Source: Minisyncoccota bacterium
GTDB taxonomy: Bacteria > Patescibacteriota > Minisyncoccia > Phycocordibacterales > JABMNX01
Reading direction: 5' to 3'
Length of the DNA: 64,000 bases
NCBI GenBank assembly: GCA_965222715.1
Contig: OZ244961.1
Location: forward strand, 140,609-204,608
The notes below the pieces were generated by a model, which searched no databases, had not been told where the DNA came from, and saw nothing but the letters and a program-made list of their open reading frames with translations. This document shows positions 28,937 through 39,335 of this stretch, one piece after another (position 1 is the first letter of the stretch; the number at the start of each line of letters is the position of its first letter). A program made the position numbers and the translations under genes.

Positions 28937-30724
28937 ATGGAAAAAATTAAAAAAGTAAAGAAACCTTTTAAAGAAGGTTTTATAGCAATTTGGAGTCATG
29001 TTTCTTTTTTCAAAAAAGAAGTCATTTTACTTATTGTTTTAGGTCTCATATCGGCAGCTGCAAACGGTGCCATGCCTTATATCACAGGTCGTTTTTTTGA
29101 TGCACTCATTCAAATTTCACAAGGCACTAGTCAGAATTCTACATTTCCTATCTGGGCAAGCTTACTTGCAATTTGGGCAATAATACAGTTAGTTGCAAAT
29201 AATATAGACTGGATAATTGATCGTATACGAAGAAGTGTAGACAGCGAACTACATATTGGTATACAGGCTCGTGGCTTTATAAAATTACTTCAACTTCCAC
29301 TTGGCTTCCATAAAGAACATAGAGTAAGTGAAGTCATTGAAAAAATTAGTCACTCTAGTTGGCGAGTACCTGCAGTATTTCGAACTATTGTTGACTTCGC
29401 ACCCCAATTTCTTAGCGTAGTTGTTGGAGTCACCCTTGCTTACTCAATCAGTCCACTACTTGCAAGCGTGCTACTTATTGGGGTAGTGGTTTATATACTG
29501 TTGTTAATTTTAATATTAAAACCTATTGCAGAACGTGATGAGCAGGGTTTAACGAAGTGGAGTGTAGCTTGGGGAGATGGTTCAGCTACAGTGCAACAAA
29601 CAGAAGCCGTGAAACAAGCTGCCGCGGAGGAATATGAAATACAAAAAATCAACAGTTCGCTTATGGACGAAGTGTTAGTAATGTGGAAAGGTCTTCAATA
29701 CGCCTGGAGTAATGTCAATTTTTTCCAAAGAACACTGGTGTTTCTAACACAATTAGCTGTATTTCTACTTTCCATTAAATTGGTTTCAGAAAATACAATT
29801 ACAGTAGGAGAACTCATTGCTCTTAATGGCTACGCTCAGATGTTTTTTGGTCCATTCGTCACCCTTGGATATAGTTGGGAAGTTATTCAAAATGGTCTTA
29901 ATTCAGCTAAACAAGTGAAAGAAATTTTTGATGAACCTATAGAAATATATAAACCTAAAAATGCAAAAAAAGTAGATGCACGTGGCGCGGTCTCCTTTAA
30001 AAAAGTTTCTTTTGGTTATGATTCAAGCAAAACCAAGGGTGTTTTAAAAGATATAAACTTTAATGTCTTGCCTGGGGAAGTGATCGCTCTTGTTGGTGAG
30101 TCTGGAGTGGGTAAGAGTACAGCAGTTTCCTTAATATCTGGCTATTTTTTCCCAGATAATGGCGTGGTTTTGGTTGATGGGGTTGATACCCGTTTATATA
30201 ACTTGAACGATTTACGAAGAAGAATAGCAACAGTTCCGCAGGAGATCAGCTTGTTTAACGACACTATTGGTGTGAATATTCAATACGGTTCATTTGAAGC
30301 AACGCAGAAAGAAATAGAAAAAGCTGCTGAAGAGGCGCACATAAAAGATTTTATCGAAAGTCTTCCTGAAAAATATGAAACGGTTGTTGGTGAACGTGGC
30401 ATGAAGCTTTCTGTTGGACAGAAACAACGTATAGCTATTGCACGTGCAATACTTCGAGATCCTTCAATTCTCATTCTTGATGAACCGACAAGCGCACTTG
30501 ATGCAAAAACAGAACAGTATATTACTCAATCACTTGAGAAGCTTATGAAGGGGCGCACCACGTTTATTATTGCCCACCGACTCAGCACCGTTCGTCGTGC
30601 TGATAAAGTACTTGTGTTTGATAAGGGAGAAGTTGTTGAGGAGGGGACACATGAGAGTTTGATGAAGATAAAGAATGGGGTGTATCGACGGCTGTATGAG
30701 TATCAAATTGGTCTACACAACTAG
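28937..30724 (+). CDS. ABC transporter, fused permease/ATPase (MsbA-like exporter)
   Basis: TM domain, Walker A GESGVGKS, signature LSVGQKQR, 'LILDEPTSALD'. Confidence 0.93.
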   Translation: MEKIKKVKKPFKEGFIAIWSHVSFFKKEVILLIVLGLISAAANGAMPYITGRFFDALIQISQGTSQNSTFPIWASLLAIWAIIQLVANNIDWIIDRIRRSVDSELHIGIQARGFIKLLQLPLGFHKEHRVSEVIEKISHSSWRVPAVFRTIVDFAPQFLSVVVGVTLAYSISPLLASVLLIGVVVYILLLILILKPIAERDEQGLTKWSVAWGDGSATVQQTEAVKQAAAEEYEIQKINSSLMDEVLVMWKGLQYAWSNVNFFQRTLVFLTQLAVFLLSIKLVSENTITVGELIALNGYAQMFFGPFVTLGYSWEVIQNGLNSAKQVKEIFDEPIEIYKPKNAKKVDARGAVSFKKVSFGYDSSKTKGVLKDINFNVLPGEVIALVGESGVGKSTAVSLISGYFFPDNGVVLVDGVDTRLYNLNDLRRRIATVPQEISLFNDTIGVNIQYGSFEATQKEIEKAAEEAHIKDFIESLPEKYETVVGERGMKLSVGQKQRIAIARAILRDPSILILDEPTSALDAKTEQYITQSLEKLMKGRTTFIIAHRLSTVRRADKVLVFDKGEVVEEGTHESLMKIKNGVYRRLYEYQIGLHN

Positions 30725-30831
30725 ACTACGTCTTTTTATATACCCAGCTTAATTAACCCAGCGCTACGCGTTGGGTTAATTTGTAGAGTGTCGTATACTT
30801 ACAGTATTATTGATTAAAAAATTCTCTATAT

Positions 30832-31203
30832 ATGACTGTACAAGAAATTGCAACTCGTCTTGTTGAGTTAAATAAGTCTCATGACTATAAAAAAGCATAT
30901 GAAGAACTGTATGCTGAAGACGTAGTAAGTATCGAGAACTGGGGTGACAGGGAAGTGTTTAAAGGAATGGACGCTATCAAGAAGAAGGGAGAAATGTGGG
31001 AGTCAATGCTCGAAGAGTTACACAGCACCTCAGTTGGCGCACCAATTATTGCAGATAAAAGTTTTGCAGTAACATTTTCAATGGACGTTACTTTTAATGA
31101 GAAAGGAGGTCCAGAGATGTCAGGACGCCAGCAGTTCACTGAGCTTGCGGTGTACCGAGTCAATGACGAAGGAAAAATTTATCACGAAGAATTTTTTGCC
31201 TAA
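30832..31203 (+). CDS. SnoaL-like (NTF2-fold) protein
   Basis: 'EIA.RLVEL', 'ELYA.DVVSIE', 'ELAVY.V..GKI..EEF'. Confidence 0.85.
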   Translation: MTVQEIATRLVELNKSHDYKKAYEELYAEDVVSIENWGDREVFKGMDAIKKKGEMWESMLEELHSTSVGAPIIADKSFAVTFSMDVTFNEKGGPEMSGRQQFTELAVYRVNDEGKIYHEEFFA

Positions 31204-31221
31204 CTACAGTAAGATTGGATA

Positions 31222-32403
31222 ATGAAGATTGCCGTACAGGATTTTAAAGAAGTACATTTTTCTCGTGATGCGGTGCTTCTCTACATGAACCGCGTCTTCC
31301 TTCAAGTAGCCTTTGGAGTTATTGGTATATTTCTTCCGATCTTCTTTTTTCTTGAATTTAACCAGTCCCTTACTACTGTCGCGCTTCTCTACATGACGGT
31401 CTACGGAGGGCACCTGCTTCTTACGCCAATTGCTGCAAAACTCATCGCACCATTGGGAATGCGTAAGATGCTCATCGCTGGCGTACCGCTAGCAATGCTC
31501 GCTATGGGATCTCTTTTGTTTTGGGACTCAAACCCTTTGCTTGTGTGGGCGATTCACGTGACTCTTATTGTGCTCTACAAGGCACTGTATTGGGTACCGT
31601 ACCATGTTGACTTCACATTATTTACTGATAAAAAAGCGCGTGGACGACAGCTTTCTATTCTTCTTAACATAACCGAAATAGTTCTTATTCTCACACCACT
31701 CCTTGGCGGTTTTATTATTGCAAACTATGGTTTCCAGCATGTCTTCACTATCTCAACACTTTTATTTCTTGCTGCACTACCACCGCTCTTTTTCATTTCA
31801 AACCCCAAAGAAAGTTATTCTCTTGGTTTTTTTGAGACATTCAAAGAATTATTTAAAAAGAAAAGTAGACCACTCCTTATTGGATACGCTGCAGACGGAG
31901 CGCAGAGCACTATTTCTGCGATAGTGTGGCCCATCTTCATATTCCAGCTGTTTAATGGAGAGTACCTCTCGGTGGGTATTATCACCGCCTTCACGCTTGC
32001 AGCAATTATTATATTAAGGTTTTTTATCGGAGACATCATTGATAAGTGGAGTAAGCAGCGCATGGTTACCATTGGCGCTGGTCTCTACACAACTGGGTGG
32101 ATCATTAAAACCTTTGTTGAGACGGCCTTCCAAGTCTTTTTTGTGGATACTTACCACAACATTGGAAAAACAGTAAACCGCATATCGTTTGATGCAAACA
32201 CTTACACACAGTCAGCCGACAACGGTCACTACATCGATGAATTCACCTCTCTTAAAGAAATTTCACTTCTTATGGGAAGGATTATTATGCTCACATTGGT
32301 AATAGTCGTTGTATCTTTTACAAGTATACAGATGACGTTTATTGCCGCAGCAGTTGCGACACTCCTTATGACGGTTGTTAATCGGCTCGCTGTTTCCCGT
32401 TAG
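31222..32403 (+). CDS. MFS transporter
   Basis: About 12 TM helices in two repeats; 'PLLGGFII...GF'. Confidence 0.85.
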   Translation: MKIAVQDFKEVHFSRDAVLLYMNRVFLQVAFGVIGIFLPIFFFLEFNQSLTTVALLYMTVYGGHLLLTPIAAKLIAPLGMRKMLIAGVPLAMLAMGSLLFWDSNPLLVWAIHVTLIVLYKALYWVPYHVDFTLFTDKKARGRQLSILLNITEIVLILTPLLGGFIIANYGFQHVFTISTLLFLAALPPLFFISNPKESYSLGFFETFKELFKKKSRPLLIGYAADGAQSTISAIVWPIFIFQLFNGEYLSVGIITAFTLAAIIILRFFIGDIIDKWSKQRMVTIGAGLYTTGWIIKTFVETAFQVFFVDTYHNIGKTVNRISFDANTYTQSADNGHYIDEFTSLKEISLLMGRIIMLTLVIVVVSFTSIQMTFIAAAVATLLMTVVNRLAVSR

Positions 32404-32404
32404 G

Positions 32405-33331
32405 TTACCGTACCCGTAAGTACGCGTAGATATCTTCAAGTGCCTTAATTGCGTCACCTGCTGCAATATTATTTTGGTGATAGAGTGCGTCTGAACAATC
32501 ACCCGCGGCCCAGATGCCTTCTCGGGAACTTTGTTGTGACTTTCCATCAACCTTGATTCGCTTAAAATCATCAAGTTCAACTAGATCTGCAACAAATGAT
32601 GTGTTAGGAATAAGACCAATCTCAACAAATACACCTGTTACTGCAAGCTCTTTTTCTTCTCCAGACTCTGTATCTTTATACTTTACTCCAGTAACAAATT
32701 TGTCCCCCAAGACTTCTGTTGTTTCAGCATTAGTAAGCGCAGTCATGTGTGGGTGTGCAAGCACTTTCTCAACAGTAACTGGATCTGCTTTAAATTCTGC
32801 TCTGTGGTGAAGGAGTGTGACGCTCTTAGTGTACTCAAGTAATTGAGCAGCTGTTTCAAACCCTGCGTTACCACCACCGATCACTACCACATCTTGCCCT
32901 GAGAAAAGTGGTCCGTCACATGATGCACAATAGGTAAGACCTTTTTGATCAAATTCTTCTGCACCAGGAACAGGAAGTTTTCGTCGGTGTGCACCAGAGC
33001 ATACCAAAAGCGTTTTTGCGGTATATGAGTTTCCGTCTTCTACTGTAACCACAAAGGTGCCATCTTTTTCTTCTACTTGTGTCACACATTGATCAGGCAC
33101 AATGTCTACTACTTCGTTCGCATAGGCTTTCAAGTGCTCCTCTAAGTCTTTTGCAAGATCATTTCCTGAGATAGCAACTGTTCCAATCCAGTTTTGAATT
33201 TCAGTTGACACGGTACTTTGTCCGCCCCATTCTTTTGCAATAAGTACAGTTTTTAACTTCTTTCGTGCGGCATATACTCCAGCTGAAACACCAGCTGGTC
33301 CACCCCCAAGAATTGCTACGTCGTACTCCAT
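32405..33331 (-). CDS. trxB: Thioredoxin reductase (TrxB/AhpF C-terminal type)
   Basis: 'GGGPAG', 'YCASCDG', 'GGGNAG', 'AAGD'. Confidence 0.88.
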   Translation of the reverse strand: MEYDVAILGGGPAGVSAGVYAARKKLKTVLIAKEWGGQSTVSTEIQNWIGTVAISGNDLAKDLEEHLKAYANEVVDIVPDQCVTQVEEKDGTFVVTVEDGNSYTAKTLLVCSGAHRRKLPVPGAEEFDQKGLTYCASCDGPLFSGQDVVVIGGGNAGFETAAQLLEYTKSVTLLHHRAEFKADPVTVEKVLAHPHMTALTNAETTEVLGDKFVTGVKYKDTESGEEKELAVTGVFVEIGLIPNTSFVADLVELDDFKRIKVDGKSQQSSREGIWAAGDCSDALYHQNNIAAGDAIKALEDIYAYLRVR

Positions 33332-33422
33332 AATTGTCCTTAGTTTTATTAGTCTACGTTATAGTAACACAGCCATTTCTTTTAAAGAAACGGCTGTGTA
33401 AAAATTCTGTCTTAGGGTCGGA

Positions 33423-34640
33423 TTACTTCAGCTTACTCCTTCGTAGGAAGGCTGGGACTGCACCCCAATCATCGTTATCGTCGTCTTTTTCAGTCTCCTC
33501 GTTCGCCTTACTTTTATCTGTTGCTTTTTCAGGCCCTTTGACATTTTCTTGTGCACCCCCGCCGATAACGCCAAGTGAGTTGTACACTTTATTTTCTTCT
33601 TTCTTTATTTCTTCCTTGCCATCTTCTTTTTTATTCATTTGGAAGAGTGAAGGGCCTTTGCTTGACGGTGTTGCACCTTCAGGGAATCCAGTTGCAATAA
33701 CAGTTACCTTCACTTCATTTTTCTTAAGTTTTGGATCTTGTACTGCGCCAAAGATTACTTTTGCATTTGGATCGATTGAGTCGGTAATTACCTTTGCAGC
33801 ATCTTGAATTTCAAGCATTGAGAGGTCATCACCTCCAGCAACCGCAAAGAGTACACCTTTTGCGCCAGTGATTGAGAGCTCAAGAAGTGGGGAAGAGATA
33901 GCTGCTTGTGCTGCGTCTTCTGCGCGCTTCTCACCAGTTGCGGTACCAATACCCATAAGTGCTGAACCAGCGCTATCCATAACTGCACGGATGTCTGCAA
34001 AGTCAACGTTAATGATACCGGGCATCGTAATCAATTCTGAGATACCTTCAACCGCTTGTCGAAGAATATCGTCACACATAGCAAATGCATTTTTGACACT
34101 TGTTTCTCGCTGTACAACCGCAAGGAGTCTGTCGTTTGGAATAACGACAAGGGCATCAACTTCTTTTTTCAGTTCTTCAAGTCCAGATTCAGCAAGTCGC
34201 ATACGTTGCTGTCCTTCAAATGAGAATGGTTTGGTTACGATACCAACAGTGAGCGCTCCTGACTCGCGTGCAATACGTGCAACCACCGGTGCTGCACCAG
34301 TACCGGTACCACCACCAAACCCACAGGTGATGAATATCATGTCTGAACCTTTCAAAGCTTCCTGGATTTCTTCAGTTGTTTCTTCTGCTGCGCGCTTTCC
34401 AACATCTGGATTCATTCCTGCGCCAAGTCCTCGAGTAAGGTTCTTGCCAATGTGAATCTTCTTTTTTGCTTTTGAATGGTGAAGATCTTGTGCGTCAGTG
34501 TTGATGCCAACAAAGTCGACACCTTGTACTTTTGAGTTAACCATGTGGTTAACCGCATTAATTCCCGAACCGCCAACACCAACAACACGAATCCGAGCAA
34601 ATGCCTCAACGTCTGGTTGTACCTTTTTCATAATGCCCAA
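33423..34640 (-). CDS. ftsZ: Cell division protein FtsZ
   Basis: 'GGGTGTG' tubulin signature, 'INVDFAD', C-terminal 'VPAFLRR'. Confidence 0.99.
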   Translation of the reverse strand: MGIMKKVQPDVEAFARIRVVGVGGSGINAVNHMVNSKVQGVDFVGINTDAQDLHHSKAKKKIHIGKNLTRGLGAGMNPDVGKRAAEETTEEIQEALKGSDMIFITCGFGGGTGTGAAPVVARIARESGALTVGIVTKPFSFEGQQRMRLAESGLEELKKEVDALVVIPNDRLLAVVQRETSVKNAFAMCDDILRQAVEGISELITMPGIINVDFADIRAVMDSAGSALMGIGTATGEKRAEDAAQAAISSPLLELSITGAKGVLFAVAGGDDLSMLEIQDAAKVITDSIDPNAKVIFGAVQDPKLKKNEVKVTVIATGFPEGATPSSKGPSLFQMNKKEDGKEEIKKEENKVYNSLGVIGGGAQENVKGPEKATDKSKANEETEKDDDNDDWGAVPAFLRRSKLK

Positions 34641-34742
34641 TCTATAACTAATTTATGTAGCACCATCATAGCAGGAGGAATAAAAAAATAAACCCGTTGA
34701 CATTTCCGGGTTTTGTTTCGATATTTTACCTCTAATTGGTCT

Positions 34743-35915
34743 TTATGGGAGAAAGCGCTTGATCCATTGAATGAGGTTCCCGCCAGTTTGTTGTGCAATT
34801 TGTATACCTACCGGGCTCTCGTCATCGTCCGCTGAAGCGCCCCAAATACAGAGACCGTATGCAACCGCCCATGAGGCGTCTTTAATAGGAGACTGACTAC
34901 CAAAACGAGGGGAAGCAAGTTTTGAAGGAAGCTTCAGTGCAGCTTTTGCCATATCTTCTATTGTGGCAACCCCTGAGCCACCACCGGTAATAATAATTCC
35001 TGCGGGAAGGAGTCCATTCTTTCCGATTTTTTTGAGATGGTTTTCAATAAGTTCAAAAATATCCGAGAGGCGTGCAACAATAATTTCATCTAACTTTTTT
35101 TGTGAGTAATCAGCGTTTGTAATCGCACCTTTTTTAATTTGCTCAGCTTCTTCAAGAGAGACTTTTAATCCAAGAGCAATGTCGTTGGTAATATCAGTTG
35201 AGCCAATAGGGAAGACCTTTAATGAAATAGGAATATTATCTTCAAAGACGACAATTGAAACAGTTTCAGAGCCAATGTTTGCAAGCACACACCCCGCGAT
35301 CTTCTGTGACTTGGTAAGTGTGACCAAACTAGCGGCGATGGGGGATGCCATAACGTCGTAGACATCAACACCAGCTTCTTCAACTGACTGGATGAGATCA
35401 TTTAAATGTTGCTCAATTGATACTATAAAAAGTGTTTCAACCTCTAGCCGAGAACCATGCATACCAATTGGTCGACCGAGAATGACTTCTCCGTCTATTT
35501 TAAATTGGGTTGGGATAACGTGCACTACTTTACGGTTTGCAATATGTTGTGCAATTTTCTCTTCACTATTCTCAATTGCCTTCTTAACGTCAAGGTCAGT
35601 GACCGCACCATCTGCCCGCGTAATAATAACTTCTCCACGTGAGCGAACCTCTTCAAGACCAACACCACCTACTGAGAGGTAGGCATTTTTAATACGCACT
35701 TGAGCAGCTTTTTCAGCTTGATCAACTGCATGTCGGATACTCCGGACAATGTCATTTGAGTTGATGATGTAGCCGTGGCGAAGTCCTTTAGACTCAGCAA
35801 AACCAGTTCCAATAATACGGGGGAACTGTCGTTTCTTTTTTCTCTCATGCTCAATAACAACTACCTTTACTTGGTACGTGCCGATATCGATGCCAGTAGT
35901 TATATTTCGTGCCAT
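34743..35915 (-). CDS. ftsA: Cell division protein FtsA
   Basis: 'GIDIGT', 'DITNDIA.GL....EEAE.IK', 'ITGGGS'; directly upstream of ftsZ. Confidence 0.96.
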   Translation of the reverse strand: MARNITTGIDIGTYQVKVVVIEHERKKKRQFPRIIGTGFAESKGLRHGYIINSNDIVRSIRHAVDQAEKAAQVRIKNAYLSVGGVGLEEVRSRGEVIITRADGAVTDLDVKKAIENSEEKIAQHIANRKVVHVIPTQFKIDGEVILGRPIGMHGSRLEVETLFIVSIEQHLNDLIQSVEEAGVDVYDVMASPIAASLVTLTKSQKIAGCVLANIGSETVSIVVFEDNIPISLKVFPIGSTDITNDIALGLKVSLEEAEQIKKGAITNADYSQKKLDEIIVARLSDIFELIENHLKKIGKNGLLPAGIIITGGGSGVATIEDMAKAALKLPSKLASPRFGSQSPIKDASWAVAYGLCIWGASADDDESPVGIQIAQQTGGNLIQWIKRFLP

Positions 35916-35995
35916 AACAAAAACAAACGCTCTTCACATAAAAGAGCAACAACAAGCTACACGTAAACGAACAAGTTAAGATACCCGCCTACTCT

Positions 35996-36406
35996 CTACA
36001 GTTTGAGACGACGCAGGTACGTGCGCTCCATTCTCTCCATTGTACTACCATGGCGTAGGCCTTTCAAATGCAGCAATCCGTGGATAAAGATAAACGCAAG
36101 ATACTTCTTCTCACTCATCCCAAATTCCTTTGCACGTTTTTTTGCTTTACGAGGATTAATAAAAATTTCTCCTTCTTTTTTCGAAAGAGGAAATGAAAGC
36201 ACATCAGGAATATAAGTCTTTCCTCTATAAGACTTGTTTAGTTTCTGTGCACGCGTATCACCAACAAAAGCAACACTCAATTCATAGTGTTCTCCAAGAA
36301 CATCATTCTTTATTTGTAGAAGTGGGAGGGAGGGGATAGCATTACGCACCGTACTAGAAACCGAGATGCCCGATTCGGTTGGGAATGTATGTGATACACG
36401 TGCCAT
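35996..36406 (-). CDS. ybeY: rRNA maturation RNase YbeY
   Basis: 'LN..YRGK...DVLSF', 'HGLLHL.G..H'. Confidence 0.93.
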   Translation of the reverse strand: MARVSHTFPTESGISVSSTVRNAIPSLPLLQIKNDVLGEHYELSVAFVGDTRAQKLNKSYRGKTYIPDVLSFPLSKKEGEIFINPRKAKKRAKEFGMSEKKYLAFIFIHGLLHLKGLRHGSTMERMERTYLRRLKL

Positions 36407-36430
36407 TAGTATGGTGTTCGAGCCGCAGTC

Positions 36431-36676
36431 TTACCGGCGTCGTCGGAATGATTGTTCAGCAACTTTTCCTTGTTTGTAGAGTTTTTCAAATTCTTCCTTC
36501 CGGGAGAGTTTGCGGAGTGCTTGTTGCTTCTTTTTAAATTCTGAGTCAGAACGTGAGTGGTAACGAATACCGCGAACACGACGAAGTACACCTGATCCTT
36601 GGACGCGTCGAGTGAAGCGTCGAATCAAGCTTGTTGCATTCTCGTTATTATTTTTTGTTACCTCTACGTTTATCAT
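36431..36676 (-). CDS. rpsU: 30S ribosomal protein bS21-like
   Basis: Basic 81-aa protein 'V.KNNNEN..SLIRRFTRRVQ.SGVL...R..RY'. Confidence 0.75.
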   Translation of the reverse strand: MINVEVTKNNNENATSLIRRFTRRVQGSGVLRRVRGIRYHSRSDSEFKKKQQALRKLSRKEEFEKLYKQGKVAEQSFRRRR

Positions 36677-36738
36677 ACGTGGGAAGTACTCTACCACAGT
36701 AGAATGTAAGAGGCAATATAGTGAACCGCAAGAGATGT

Positions 36739-37899
36739 CTAGAGGGTGCGGAGATGTTCAGGGAGTCTCTCAACAGGAATAATTTCTTGTGCACGAGTAT
36801 CCATATTTCGCACGATCACTGTTCCGTCGAGTGCCTCTTTGTGTCCCATGATAATGCAGTACGGAATTGAAAGGTCTTCGGTTAATCGTAGTTGTTCAGT
36901 GAGTTGTTCTTTGCCAAGTGATTGGTGGACAGTAATACGTGACTTGCGAAGTTTTTCAAGAACCACCAAGCTACGCAGTCTTGCTTCAAAGCCAACCTGA
37001 ATAAAATGGAATCGCGGTTTGTACGATTTTCTCCCATCAATTTGTTTTGGCATCCGACCTTTCTTCTCATACTCAAATATAACTCCCGCTGCAGGAATTT
37101 GTTGTCGAAATGCTTTTCGTGCAAGTTCATCGTACCGTCCACCGTGTGCACATACTGAAAATGATCCATCTTCCCCTGGAATACGAATCTCAAAGAGCGT
37201 CTTTGAATAGCAGTCTCGATGTCCAATAAGCATAGGATCAAGTTCGTAAGGAACTTCAGCAACTTCAAAATACTCAAGAATTTCACGGAAATGTTTTCTA
37301 CTTGCCTCAGAAAGGAACTCAACAGTACATGGTGCTTCACTACAGAGCGGATGTTGCTTCCTGAGTAATTGTTCGTACGCGTAAAACACATCTTTTTTAA
37401 ATGCCTGTCGTGAATGGCTTGGCATATCAGCAAGATTCTTTTTTAAATAGTTGGTGAGCTCTTTAGTGAATTTATTTGCTGAATCTTTATCACCAATACT
37501 ATTTACGTATACACAGTGATCAGAAATATTAAGATCATCAAGTATTGCAAGCGCTGCTTTTATTAAAAGTGCTTCAGCAATACTGTTTGAAAGTCCAATA
37601 ACATGTAACCCAAACAGTACTTTATTTGAACCTTTTTGCTCGACTCCTCTGTGGTAGAAAAGAGTTGGTTCTTTAAGGCGTGCGTGCCCATGCTCTATAT
37701 ATGAGCGCACCACTGCTGCCAGCTCTTTATCAAACGGATTTACATACTCAGTGTGTTGAGGGATACGTGAGCGATTTTTAGGACCATACTCAGGCATGAT
37801 TTCTTCAATAGGAGAGAATCCGTAGTGTTCAATAACAGAAATGGCTCGCTTCAATGCTTGATCGGTTCGTGTGTACGGTGTGTGTGTAAGTGTAATCAT
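36739..37899 (-). CDS. Histidine--tRNA ligase-like protein with degenerate catalytic domain
   Basis: 'YS.T.FE', 'GGRYD.L', C-terminal HGTP anticodon-binding domain; motif 2 not recognisable. Confidence 0.8.
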   Translation of the reverse strand: MITLTHTPYTRTDQALKRAISVIEHYGFSPIEEIMPEYGPKNRSRIPQHTEYVNPFDKELAAVVRSYIEHGHARLKEPTLFYHRGVEQKGSNKVLFGLHVIGLSNSIAEALLIKAALAILDDLNISDHCVYVNSIGDKDSANKFTKELTNYLKKNLADMPSHSRQAFKKDVFYAYEQLLRKQHPLCSEAPCTVEFLSEASRKHFREILEYFEVAEVPYELDPMLIGHRDCYSKTLFEIRIPGEDGSFSVCAHGGRYDELARKAFRQQIPAAGVIFEYEKKGRMPKQIDGRKSYKPRFHFIQVGFEARLRSLVVLEKLRKSRITVHQSLGKEQLTEQLRLTEDLSIPYCIIMGHKEALDGTVIVRNMDTRAQEIIPVERLPEHLRTL

Positions 37900-37913
37900 A
37901 CGTAGGTGTGCTG

Positions 37914-38579
37914 TTATTGACCCGGTAATAAAGATGCTTCTGTTAATGGGAATAGTCGTACAAATGCTTTCCCAATAATGTATTCATCTTCAAGTACTCC
38001 CCAGGTGCGTGAGTCCGAACTCTCTTTACGATTGTCACCCATGACAAAATATTCACCACGAGAAAGTGTTACTGTTCCTGATTCACTCTCAAGGTTATCA
38101 GGTGAAAGGTATGTTTCATCAAGTACAAATCCCTCAGGATGTTCACTATTTACAATAATGACTGCTTTCCCTTGTAGTATGACTGTTTCTCCAGGAAGCC
38201 CAATAACGCGTTTTATAAAAAACTTAGATTGCTCAAGAGGGAAGCGAAAAATAATGACATCACCTCGCTCTGGTTCATTAAAGTGGTAGCTCAACTGGTC
38301 AACAATAAGATACTGCCCATGCTGAAATGTGTCTTCCATTGATGCGCCACTGACTACAAACGGTTGTGCAACAAAAAGTCGTATTGGTGCAACAATAAGT
38401 ATGGCAAGGAGTATTAATTTCACTAGCTCAAGCACTGAGTTGTGTGTATCTGACTTGTGAGGTGTAGGTGAATGAGGGGATTGAGAGGGAGATTTGAGAG
38501 ACACATCATTAACTTGTTGTACTTCAGAAGATGAAGACGTGTTCTGTGTGTGCTCTGACATAGATTGAGAAGAGTTCAA
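37914..38579 (-). CDS. lepB: Signal peptidase I
   Basis: 'VSGASM', 'FIKRVIGLPGE', 'GDNR..SSDSR'. Confidence 0.96.
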   Translation of the reverse strand: MNSSQSMSEHTQNTSSSSEVQQVNDVSLKSPSQSPHSPTPHKSDTHNSVLELVKLILLAILIVAPIRLFVAQPFVVSGASMEDTFQHGQYLIVDQLSYHFNEPERGDVIIFRFPLEQSKFFIKRVIGLPGETVILQGKAVIIVNSEHPEGFVLDETYLSPDNLESESGTVTLSRGEYFVMGDNRKESSDSRTWGVLEDEYIIGKAFVRLFPLTEASLLPGQ

Positions 38580-38688
38580 ACAACAAACATGTTGTAGTTA
38601 CCGCATTGTAGTACAAAGGTTCGTTTGACACAATACATTTTTTTATGTTTTAGCGTTTTTGCATCTAAGCGTGATACACTAAGTGATA

Positions 38689-39279
38689 ATGAATTATATT
38701 ATTGCTGGTCTCGGAAACACAGGAGAAGAGTATACAGACACTCGTCACAACATTGGGCGGATGATGGTCGAGTATTTTCATGCAAAACATACATTTTCAG
38801 AATGGAGTGAGGAAAAAAAGAAGAATGCGCAGGTTTCAAAAGGAAAAATTGGTAGACATGCTGTAACGTTAGTGCTTCCCGAACTACTCATGAATCGTTC
38901 TGGGGCGGTGTTAAAGCATTTTGTGACCAGTAAAAAGAAGGCAGCAACACTTGTGGTGGTGTATGACGATCTAGATCTTGGTTTTGGCACCTGTCGCGTT
39001 TCTTTTTCTCGTGGATCAGGAGGGCATCGTGGTGTTGAATCAATTAGTAAGAGTGTAGAGACAAAAGATTTCATACGAGTGCGTGTCGGTATATCACCAA
39101 CAACCTCAAAGGGAGTGGTAAAGAAACCTCATGGTGAGCAGGCAGTACTCAATTTTGTAATGGGGAAGTTTACTACAAAAGAGCAAAGTGCACTCCCAGC
39201 ACTGTTTCGTCGGGTAGAGACAATTCTTGAAACTATTATTACTCAAGGTCACGTTGCAGCAATGAACCAGCACAACTAA
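38689..39279 (+). CDS. pth: Peptidyl-tRNA hydrolase
   Basis: 'GLGN.G..Y..TRHNIG', 'MN.SG', 'DDLDL', 'GGHRG'. Confidence 0.96.
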   Translation: MNYIIAGLGNTGEEYTDTRHNIGRMMVEYFHAKHTFSEWSEEKKKNAQVSKGKIGRHAVTLVLPELLMNRSGAVLKHFVTSKKKAATLVVVYDDLDLGFGTCRVSFSRGSGGHRGVESISKSVETKDFIRVRVGISPTTSKGVVKKPHGEQAVLNFVMGKFTTKEQSALPALFRRVETILETIITQGHVAAMNQHN

Positions 39280-39335
39280 TGTTCCTAAAACGAAAATAAA
39301 AAACATCCCATATGGGATGTTTTTTGCTTCTCATT

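Noticed and set aside
33334-34455. Long antisense ORFs opposite ftsZ (similar ones opposite parB, clpB, gyrA and pyrE-pyrF)
   Set aside because: Shadow frames of well-supported genes; Ser/Pro-rich with no recognisable motifs.
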